Below, piece by piece: positions 8,723-15,759 of a stretch of DNA of 17,068 nucleotides (positions are counted from its first letter, which is position 1; each line of letters begins with the position of its first letter). Origin of the DNA: Campylobacterota bacterium (GTDB taxonomy: Bacteria > Campylobacterota > Campylobacteria > Campylobacterales > Sulfurovaceae); contig JAYEOM010000044.1 of NCBI GenBank assembly GCA_034722955.1, positions 1-17,068 of the forward strand, in the 5' to 3' direction. The notes beneath the pieces were generated by a model, which did no database searches, was not told the DNA's origin, and worked only from the letters and a program-made list of their open reading frames with translations. A program made the translations under genes and the position numbers.

Positions 8723-9048
8723 CGATGCTCCTCTTGAAAATCCTTCAACTCATCTATCTTTTTGGGGTTGAAATAGGGTATATCTATCTTGTGTGAAGCT
8801 CTAGCGATCACCGAAGAGGAGATGGGATTTGTCAAAAATACAAATGCCCCCAGTAGTATAAGCTTGAATGCCCAAGATGGCTCTAGGCATACAGCTCCTA
8901 TGATCACCAGCATAGTACCCATTGTCGTGGTTTTGGCTCCAACATGCATGCGAGTATAGACATCTGGCATACGAAGCAGACCTATGGCACTAATGACAAA
9001 TGCTATAACCCCTAAAAAGATAAATATAGATCCAATGATTGTTAACAC
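8719..9048 (-). CDS. mbsC: Na+/H+ antiporter subunit G family (MrpG/MnhG); MbsC/MbxC
   Basis: IGLLRMPDVYTRMHVGAK and FLTNPISSSVIARA motifs; GTG start directly abutting the mbsB stop. Confidence 0.92.
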   Translation of the reverse strand: MLTIIGSIFIFLGVIAFVISAIGLLRMPDVYTRMHVGAKTTTMGTMLVIIGAVCLEPSWAFKLILLGAFVFLTNPISSSVIARASHKIDIPYFNPKKIDELKDFQEEHR

Positions 9049-9297
9049 TTATATGCCTTTTTCGATATATCGTCCAAAAATCGTCGTTCCTAGAAATCCT
9101 ATCAATCCAAACACCAGAGCGATATCTATATAGATACTTCGTCTGAAGTAGAGGGATAGGAGTACCAGCAGTGAGACTGCCATGATACTGATGGTATCAA
9201 ACGCCACAACTCTATCACTCAGAGTAGGTCCCTTGAGAAGCCTTATCGATGCTAGTGCCATTGCAAACAGTAGTACTATGCTTACTATTTCAAACAT
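9049..9297 (-). CDS. mbsB: Na+/H+ antiporter subunit F family (MrpF/MnhF); MbsB/MbxB, first gene of the operon
   Basis: RLLKGPTLSDRVVAFD and IDIALVFGLIGFLGT motifs. Start set to ATG 9297 (MFEIVS), downstream of AGGAGAG. Confidence 0.92.
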   Translation of the reverse strand: MFEIVSIVLLFAMALASIRLLKGPTLSDRVVAFDTISIMAVSLLVLLSLYFRRSIYIDIALVFGLIGFLGTTIFGRYIEKGI

Positions 9298-9325
9298 TAT
9301 CTCTCTCCTATATAGTTTGGGCAAA

Positions 9326-9331
9326 AGTATA
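9326..9331 (-). promoter_or_regulatory. Candidate sigma70 -10 box (TATACT) for the mbs operon
   Basis: TATACT on the minus strand about 30 nt upstream of the mbsB ATG, in AT-rich DNA; no clear -35. Confidence 0.4.
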
Positions 9332-9370
9332 CTCAAATTTACAAAATAGTATGATGAAATAGAGATAATT

Positions 9371-9419
9371 TATCCCGAAATATGCGATAGAGATTATTAT
9401 CATTGCATAATTCGGGGTA
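9371..9419. repeat. Imperfect inverted repeat between ppk2 and the mbs operon (possible terminator/attenuator or operator)
   Basis: CCCGAAaTATGC (9374-9385) pairs with GCATAaTTCGGG (9405-9416), with an inner GATA/TATC stem; no strong U-tract. Confidence 0.55.
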
Positions 9420-9446
9420 GCCTTACTCACAAAGCAGGGTGATCTC

Positions 9447-10358
9447 TTACATATCTTCGCTGTGTGTTCTTCTGTGATATCGTTCGACTATTTCAGGGTC
9501 ATGGTGCAGATTGATCTTGGCATCCTCTTTCCCCTCATAGTTGATCTTGGCAAGAGCATAACGGATCGACTCTAGTCTAGCTCTCTTTTTGTCATTGCTA
9601 TCGACCATGATCCATGGAGCATAACCTGTATGTGTACGACTGAACATCTCCTCTTTATAGTATGTTACTTTGTCCCACATCTCCTGAGCTTTTTGATCTA
9701 CTGGGCTGAGTTTCCAATGTTTTAAAGGGTTACTCATACGCTCCTTAAATCTCTTCTTCTGATTCTCTTTGGTGATACTAAACCAAAATTTGATCAAGAT
9801 GATCCCATCATCGATCAATGCATGCTCTATCTCAGGTACCTCTTTCATAAATCTATCATACTGTACAGGTGTACAGAAGTCAAATACCGGCTCTACGATA
9901 GCTCTATTGTACCAGCTCCTATCAAAAAAGACTATCTCTCCCTCATTTGGCAAATGTTGGAAATAACGCTGAAAGTAGAACTGTCCTGTCTCTACATCTG
10001 TTGGTTTTGGCAGTGCTACAACTCTGAATTTTCTAGGGTTTAGATATTGAGTAAAGCGTTTGATAGCTCCACCCTTTCCTGCTGCATCACGCCCCTCAAA
10101 GATGATCATAACTCTCTTATTGTTATCATATACCCAGTTTTGCAATTTGATCAGCTCAACCTGTAGCTCTACCAACTCCTGCTCATACTCTACATTGCGT
10201 GTGATCTTAGCAAGCTTCTTCTTTCTCATCAATTGGGAGAGACCGCTCTTGGTTTTCAAAAGATGAAATTTTTGCTCCAACTCTTTGATGACACTTTGTG
10301 CCTTTTTATCCTCTATATGACCCTTCAGATAGTCCAAATCTTGAAAAATAGTTTTCAT
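9447..10358 (-). CDS. ppk2: Polyphosphate kinase 2 (single-domain)
   Basis: Walker A FEGRDAAGKGG, YFQRY, Walker B FDRSWYNRA and lid WKLSPVD; RBS AAGGAG. Confidence 0.96.
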   Translation of the reverse strand: MKTIFQDLDYLKGHIEDKKAQSVIKELEQKFHLLKTKSGLSQLMRKKKLAKITRNVEYEQELVELQVELIKLQNWVYDNNKRVMIIFEGRDAAGKGGAIKRFTQYLNPRKFRVVALPKPTDVETGQFYFQRYFQHLPNEGEIVFFDRSWYNRAIVEPVFDFCTPVQYDRFMKEVPEIEHALIDDGIILIKFWFSITKENQKKRFKERMSNPLKHWKLSPVDQKAQEMWDKVTYYKEEMFSRTHTGYAPWIMVDSNDKKRARLESIRYALAKINYEGKEDAKINLHHDPEIVERYHRRTHSEDM

Positions 10359-10380
10359 AAAACTCCTTTGATTTTTTAGG

Positions 10381-10422
10381 TATAAAGTTTAAGTCTATTA
10401 TCTATCAACTTCAAGTCTATTA
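10381..10422. repeat. Tandem direct repeat with 22-bp period upstream of ppk2 (candidate regulator site)
   Basis: TATAAAGTTTAAGTCTATTA (10381-10400) vs TATCAACTTCAAGTCTATTA (10403-10422), 17/20 identical. Confidence 0.6.
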
Positions 10423-10540
10423 AAATAAAAGGTAATTCTATACTTAGATCTTATAAGTGCTACACTACAGGACAACATCTCTCTTTGAAGAGGAAAAATA
10501 TTTATCTGATTAGAGTGATGTATAACTTTATATATAATAT

Positions 10541-10549
10541 TGATATAAT
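10541..10549 (+). promoter_or_regulatory. Extended -10 sigma70 promoter (TGnTATAAT) for the histidine kinase
   Basis: Perfect TGATATAAT about 85 nt upstream of the TTG start, with AT-rich upstream DNA. Confidence 0.55.
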
Positions 10550-10633
10550 TAGGTTCAAGCAGGTAAGGAGTCGATCAAGATTCTGAGGAGTGGTCTTAGA
10601 GATACTATTTGTTACTATATATGAGGAATCATT

Positions 10634-13600
10634 TTGAAAGTACTTAATACACAATACCATAGTTCTAGTGAGTTAAAAGCATTTATCATCAAAAATTCTA
10701 TAGCTGAAAATAGAGATATTTTACTGCAAATTTTTACCGGGATTTGCGATACTGAATTTATCGAAAACTTAATATTGGGGATTAAAAACTTAATACCGCA
10801 TATCAAGATCATAGGGAGTACAACTAGTGGAGAGATCCTAGAAGAGAGAGCTTGTGAAGATTCAACAATCTTATCGTTTTCACTCTTTGAGGATACAACA
10901 GTTAGAACCTATTGTACCCAGCTAATTGACGATAGCTATCAACTTGCCAAGAATCTTACTGACCAATTTGATCCAAAGCAGAGTCCAAAAGTGGCTATAA
11001 GCTTTGTAGATGGTCTTCATGTGAATGGTGAAGAGTATATCAATGGCTTTAATGATTATGATAAAGATTTGATCGTTGCGGGTGGATTGGCAGGTGATAA
11101 TGCTCAGTTTGTCGATACTATTGTCTTCACAGAAGAGAGAGTGGCATCAAATGGTGCGGTTGTGGCACTTCTCTTTAGTGAAAAACTTGAGATACATACC
11201 AAAGCCAGCTTCGGCTGGGAAAATATTGGTAAGTCGATGACCATCACAAAAGCAGTAAAAAATAGAGTTTATGAGATAGATGATGTAAAACTTGTCGACA
11301 TCTATGCCAAATATCTAGGAGAGGATGTCGCACTTCGGCTTCCTGAAACTGGGATAGAGTTTCCACTGATTGTAAAACGAAATGGTATAAATATTCCAAG
11401 AGCTGTTATCCATAAAAACAGTGATGGCTCTTTGGTCTTTGCGGGCAACCTCAATGTAGGTGACAAGGTAACATTCGGCTATGGAAATATTGAAACTATT
11501 GTGGATTGTGGAGAGGCTATATATACCGACAGTGATATTCATAACAGTGAAGCTATCTTTGTCTACTCCTGCATGGCGAGAAAAAATCTACTCCAAGAGA
11601 GTATCGATGAAGAGTTAGCTTCTTTGGCCGGCATCAGTAGTGTGAGCGGATTTTTTACCTATGGAGAGTTCTATTCAGGTGGCAACTCATCAACTAACCA
11701 ACTCTTAAATCAGACGATGACTATATTGAGCTTGAGTGAGAATCATTCTAGCAAAAGAGGTAGCACCGTACCTAAACAGAGAGAGACTAATGAGAGTAAA
11801 CCTAAACATATTCACAGCTTGACACTTAAAGCTCTATCGCATCTGATTGCTCAGACTTCAGCAGAGCTAGAGGAGATAAACAGTTCACTTCACTCTAGAG
11901 TGAAGATAGAAGTAGAAAAAAACCGATATAGAGATCAACAACTCAATCAACAACTCAATCATCAGACAAAGTTATCACAAATGGTAGAGTTGATCGATGC
12001 TACAGGGTTGTTTGAAGAGCGTGAAAACTTACAAAAAAGTTTAGAGAAGATCATAAGGATATCTTCTGAGGCACTGAATATATCAAGAGTAAGTATATGG
12101 CTCTACAATGAGGATAGGAGTGCCATGGAGTGTATTGTGAGTCTTCAAAAATCAAAAGATCAAAAATACTCGGCATATTTGCATGTGGAGGCCAAAAATC
12201 ATACAAGTTATTTCAGAGCATTAGATAGTGGAGATCCCATTGTTATCAATGATGCCGAGCACCATAAAATCACTCTTGACTTTATGGAAAATTATCTCAA
12301 ACCACTCAATCTAAAATCTATGCTTGATGTTCCTATCAGGAGAGGAGGTGAGACGATCGGTGTCATATGCAATGAAGAGGTTGACACTATCAAGGAGTGG
12401 TCAAGATATGAGATCAATTTTTCCAAATCTATTGCAAAATCCATATCACTTCTACTAGAGATTGATCAGAGAAAAAAATCCGATCGTCTCTTGAGGGAGC
12501 AGACAGAGGAGCAGCAGCTACTTTTATCTCTATTTGATATAGGAAATAGTGTACTATTCAAGTGGAATAACGATGACCGCTGGAGTGTGAAATATGTATC
12601 AAAAAGTGTTACCAACCTTCTCGGTTACTCTCAAAGTGATTTTCAATCAGGTAGGATTAACTATATCTCCTGTATTCATGCAGATGATTTGGAGATGGTG
12701 ACATATGAAGTTGAAGAGGCTACGACATCAGACAAGAAATTCGTTCAACACACTCCCTATAGAGTTATTACAAAAGATGGTGATATAAGATGGGTACTTG
12801 ATTATACCGTTATCGCTAGATATATGGATAGAGTAATTCACTACATAGGCTATATTTCAGATGTGACGAAACAGAGAGAGAAAAACGAGCAACTATTTGA
12901 GCAGTCTCGCCTTGCACAGATGGGGGAGATGATGGCTATGATCGCTCACCAATGGCGACAACCGCTCTCTGCTATCGCTGCTATGAGTGGAGCCATTACC
13001 CTGAAGGCGAAACTAAATAGCCTTGATATAGATACTACGATTGAATTTGCAGATAAAATCAACTCTTATACACAACACTTGAGCCAAACTATTGATGATT
13101 TTAGAGCATTTGCCAAATCAGATAAAGAGACAAAAGAGACAAATTACACTAAAATGGTTCAAGAAGTTTTAGAGATAGTAGAGCCATCAATCAATATAAA
13201 AAATATTGATCTAATCAAAGAGTTTTATTGCGAATGCAGCTTTAACTCTTATCCAAGAGAGATCAAACAGGTTCTGCTCAATATTATTAAAAATGCTGAA
13301 GATGTTTTACTGGAGAGAGAGGTCAAAAAACCCTATATTAAGATAGAGACTTTTGAAGAAGATGGTAATTTTATCTTAACTATCAGCGATAATGGCGGGG
13401 GAGTACCTGACGAGATTATAAGACAGATTTTTGATCCCTACTTTTCAACAAAATTGGAAAAACATGGCACTGGATTGGGACTCTATATGTCAAAAACTAT
13501 TATCGAAGAGCACTGCAACGGTCAATTGACTGTTGCGAATGGTGAAGATGGTGCAGTATTCTCTATATCATTGCCAAACGTTCACATCGATGAAAACTAG
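10634..13600 (+). CDS. Cytoplasmic sensor histidine kinase: FIST_N/FIST_C - GAF - PAS - HisKA - HATPase
   Basis: FIST motifs (IIGSTTSGEI, AGGLAGD, GW, EFPL, YSCMAR, GFFTYGEF); GAF (SRVSIW, SMLDVPI, GVICNE); PAS (YVSKSV..LLGY, IHADD, YRVITKDGDIRWV); H-box IAHQWRQP; N-box QVLLNIIKNA; DNGGG, FDPYFSTK and GTGLGL. No TM helix evident. TTG start after GAGGA. Confidence 0.93.
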   Translation: MKVLNTQYHSSSELKAFIIKNSIAENRDILLQIFTGICDTEFIENLILGIKNLIPHIKIIGSTTSGEILEERACEDSTILSFSLFEDTTVRTYCTQLIDDSYQLAKNLTDQFDPKQSPKVAISFVDGLHVNGEEYINGFNDYDKDLIVAGGLAGDNAQFVDTIVFTEERVASNGAVVALLFSEKLEIHTKASFGWENIGKSMTITKAVKNRVYEIDDVKLVDIYAKYLGEDVALRLPETGIEFPLIVKRNGINIPRAVIHKNSDGSLVFAGNLNVGDKVTFGYGNIETIVDCGEAIYTDSDIHNSEAIFVYSCMARKNLLQESIDEELASLAGISSVSGFFTYGEFYSGGNSSTNQLLNQTMTILSLSENHSSKRGSTVPKQRETNESKPKHIHSLTLKALSHLIAQTSAELEEINSSLHSRVKIEVEKNRYRDQQLNQQLNHQTKLSQMVELIDATGLFEERENLQKSLEKIIRISSEALNISRVSIWLYNEDRSAMECIVSLQKSKDQKYSAYLHVEAKNHTSYFRALDSGDPIVINDAEHHKITLDFMENYLKPLNLKSMLDVPIRRGGETIGVICNEEVDTIKEWSRYEINFSKSIAKSISLLLEIDQRKKSDRLLREQTEEQQLLLSLFDIGNSVLFKWNNDDRWSVKYVSKSVTNLLGYSQSDFQSGRINYISCIHADDLEMVTYEVEEATTSDKKFVQHTPYRVITKDGDIRWVLDYTVIARYMDRVIHYIGYISDVTKQREKNEQLFEQSRLAQMGEMMAMIAHQWRQPLSAIAAMSGAITLKAKLNSLDIDTTIEFADKINSYTQHLSQTIDDFRAFAKSDKETKETNYTKMVQEVLEIVEPSINIKNIDLIKEFYCECSFNSYPREIKQVLLNIIKNAEDVLLEREVKKPYIKIETFEEDGNFILTISDNGGGVPDEIIRQIFDPYFSTKLEKHGTGLGLYMSKTIIEEHCNGQLTVANGEDGAVFSISLPNVHIDEN
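11934..11961 (+). repeat. In-frame 12-bp tandem duplication (QQLN x2) in the kinase coiled-coil linker
   Basis: ATCAACAACTCA ATCAACAACTCA ATCA. Confidence 0.8.
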
Positions 13601-14370
13601 ACCCATCTCACTAAGCCATTTTCTATACATATCACCCCCTCTAGCTCTGCCTCATAGATACGATCACCAAAACGATCTACTGTTTCATCAAAAGTTGGAG
13701 ATTTTTGACAGAAGTAGAAAAAATCATCCTTGATAGTCGTATCATCAACCGCTTGCCCGAACTCTGAAGCAAAAGCTTCGATATCATAGATAGGCTCTGC
13801 CAACCCATCCTTCAAGAGCTGGGTAGTTCCATCACTCTCTCCTAGGCGATGAGGCAAGACAAAAACTCTCTTCTCCATCTTTAGTGCATACTCTACACTA
13901 CGCATCGATCCACTATCTATAGCTGCCTCAGTCACTACGAGAAACTCTCCCAATGCTACTACGATCTCGTTTCTCAAGACAAAACTCCAAGCTGTCGCCT
14001 TGAACCCAGGATCAAACTGGCTCAATGTCAATCCATTGACCTCTATCTCCTCTATCAATGTTCTGTTGACAGATGGATAGCGAACATCTAGGCTATTTGC
14101 CATCACAGCGATGGTATTTGCCACTCCAGCTCCCTGATGTGCTATAGCATCTACACCCATAGCTGCACCACTCACTATGCAAACTCCTCTGCTAGAGAGA
14201 GCTTTAGCCAACTCATAGGTCAATTGTCTGGTGTATGCCGATGGTCTTCTAGTCCCTACGATAGAGACTTTTGGACGGCCCAATAGCCCAAGATCCCCTT
14301 TGGCATAGAGAGATGCAGGGTATTTTTTCATCGACTCCAATTCGGTCAAGGTAAAATCAACTATTCTCAT
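13597..14370 (-). CDS. dprA: DNA-processing / protecting protein DprA (Smf)
   Basis: YP..LYAKG, VSIVGTRRPSAY, IVSGAAMGVDAIAH, RNEIVVAL and EAAIDSGSMRS; RBS GAGG; the stop overlaps the convergent kinase stop (CTAG). Confidence 0.95.
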   Translation of the reverse strand: MRIVDFTLTELESMKKYPASLYAKGDLGLLGRPKVSIVGTRRPSAYTRQLTYELAKALSSRGVCIVSGAAMGVDAIAHQGAGVANTIAVMANSLDVRYPSVNRTLIEEIEVNGLTLSQFDPGFKATAWSFVLRNEIVVALGEFLVVTEAAIDSGSMRSVEYALKMEKRVFVLPHRLGESDGTTQLLKDGLAEPIYDIEAFASEFGQAVDDTTIKDDFFYFCQKSPTFDETVDRFGDRIYEAELEGVICIENGLVRWV

Positions 14371-14458
14371 AATGTAGCCTCGTAAGTAAAAATATAACCC
14401 ATTTTATCTAAACTACTCTCATCTCATCATAAAGATCTCAAATTGAGATAAAATAGTA

Positions 14459-15556
14459 TTATAAAGCTCCACTCATCAACTCATCGAGATAAACTACCTC
14501 TACTTCTGCTAGTATATCCGGAGAATTTTTAAGTGACTCAAGTGTGATGTTGTGAGGATGCCCGATAGCGATCGCATACCCTCTGCTCTTTGCTTTTTTG
14601 ATAGCTAGTTTCAACTGTTTGCGTATAGCACTGTATTTTCTGATGTTATCGAGAAAAATATCGCGATGAAGATAAAAATCCCCATACTCCTTTGCTACTC
14701 TCTCTGCTTTGCTTCTGTGGCTGGTTCGACTATCTAGAAAGAGAAAACCCTCCTCTTTTAGAACACCATATAGAGTATGCATTGATCTATGATCGGAGGT
14801 AAAGAGACTCCCCGTATGGTTGTTGACATAGAGTGCAGATGGAAACCACCGGCGTAGTGCTTGGACTCTGTGGCGAAATATATCTTTTGAATCTTTGATC
14901 TTCAATGTATTGGGCATCGCACCACTAGGATGATTGACTGCCTGCATAGGAAGATGGATCATATAGTGCTTTAGATTTTTTGCCATTTTTGCAGTGGATT
15001 TCAAGCGTTTTGATGGGGGGAAGATCGAAGGAGTCAACTTAAATGGTACTGCCAAGATTTTCTTGAGTTGCTTGGGTGTTGCTACATCATCGATGATGAT
15101 CACCAGCTTTGGGTATCCATTTCGTTCCAATATAGGTGCTTTTGTATGCTCTCTGCCTGAAGCGGTTTTAGCTCTATCTCTTGTGCTATCTACCTCTATA
15201 TCCAACTCTTCAGGCTCAACTCTGCAGTATCCGACATCCGGCTCTTTAGATTCAAACAGCCACAGACGAATCTTTGAGGGTTTAGCTTTGCAGTATCCGA
15301 CATCCGGCTCTTTTAGTGACCTATCTCTCTCTATAGGCAGCTTATCTTTTTTTAGCAAAATCTCTTTTTTCAATGGTTTAGTTTTGGCTTCTGCAGCAGA
15401 GAGACTACTCTTCCCCCAATAGTACCCGGTACCCACAGCAATCACCAAAACTATCAATAGAGATAGTATCAAAAGATCTCTCTTTATCCCACTATCTGTT
15501 TTTTTGTAAATTCGTTTTCTTTTTTTAGGAGTTTTTTTCCGAGCTTGAGAAGGCAT
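14459..15556 (-). CDS. Divergent polysaccharide deacetylase family protein (YibQ/DUF610-like), membrane-anchored
   Basis: Basic N-terminus plus one TM helix; PKLVIIIDD, MIHLPMQ, NNHTGS, FLDSRT, RDIFLDN and AIAIGHP motifs. No clear RBS before ATG 15556. Confidence 0.9.
   Translation of the reverse strand: MPSQARKKTPKKRKRIYKKTDSGIKRDLLILSLLIVLVIAVGTGYYWGKSSLSAAEAKTKPLKKEILLKKDKLPIERDRSLKEPDVGYCKAKPSKIRLWLFESKEPDVGYCRVEPEELDIEVDSTRDRAKTASGREHTKAPILERNGYPKLVIIIDDVATPKQLKKILAVPFKLTPSIFPPSKRLKSTAKMAKNLKHYMIHLPMQAVNHPSGAMPNTLKIKDSKDIFRHRVQALRRWFPSALYVNNHTGSLFTSDHRSMHTLYGVLKEEGFLFLDSRTSHRSKAERVAKEYGDFYLHRDIFLDNIRKYSAIRKQLKLAIKKAKSRGYAIAIGHPHNITLESLKNSPDILAEVEVVYLDELMSGAL
15223..15313. repeat. Two exact 25-bp direct repeats, 66-bp period, inside the deacetylase linker
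   Basis: TGCAGTATCCGACATCCGGCTCTTT at 15223-15247 and 15289-15313; encodes KEPDVGYC twice on the minus strand. Confidence 0.9.
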
Positions 15557-15586
15557 TTGATTCGCTAGTGTTTAAATTGGATCACT

Positions 15587-15595
15587 ATAGTAGCA
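15587..15595 (-). promoter_or_regulatory. Candidate extended -10 (TGcTACTAT) for the deacetylase gene
   Basis: TGn plus TAnnAT pattern about 30 nt upstream of ATG 15556. Confidence 0.3.
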
Positions 15596-15731
15596 CATCA
15601 GTTGTTAAAAGCAGAGAACTTCTGCATAAACTTTCACTTTTGGATTCCGTAAAAGTAACAACTATATGCACTCCTGCTAAATCCAAATAGATATATGATT
15701 AGTCCTATATCTATTTTTATCAAAATTTATA

Positions 15732-15737
15732 TATAAT
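15732..15737 (+). promoter_or_regulatory. Candidate -10 box (TATAAT) for the receiver-domain gene
   Basis: Consensus TATAAT about 20-30 nt upstream of the start, in AT-rich DNA. Confidence 0.4.
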
Positions 15738-15759
15738 TACGGGTCAAAATAATAGAAGG

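Noticed and set aside
4195..9297. Stand-alone Mrp Na+/H+ antiporter operon
   Set aside because: The genes are translationally coupled to NuoH/B/C/D/I homologs, and the MrpE-like gene lies beyond them, so they form one complex.
133..9297. Ehr (hydrogenase-related) complex
   Set aside because: Ehr clusters are smaller and Hyf-like and lack the MrpE/F/G module. The RICVPE and CPPE motifs and the 13-subunit inventory fit MBS better.
13597..13600. Overlapping stop codons of convergent genes (also 16863-16866)
   Set aside because: Common in compact genomes; no evidence of a special function.
15223..15313. Mini CRISPR array (25-bp repeat, 41-bp spacer)
   Set aside because: Only two copies, in frame inside an intact CDS, not palindromic, with no leader or cas genes.
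58..15422. Short alternative-frame or antisense ORFs in the track (for example 2242-2721 +, 7114-7413 -, 7156-7470 +, 14994-15422 +)
   Set aside because: They overlap well-supported genes and show no family motifs; they are shadow ORFs.
15611..15625. GCAGA-GAACT-TCTGC hairpin as a terminator
   Set aside because: The stem is only 5 bp and lies in a divergent promoter region where no gene ends.
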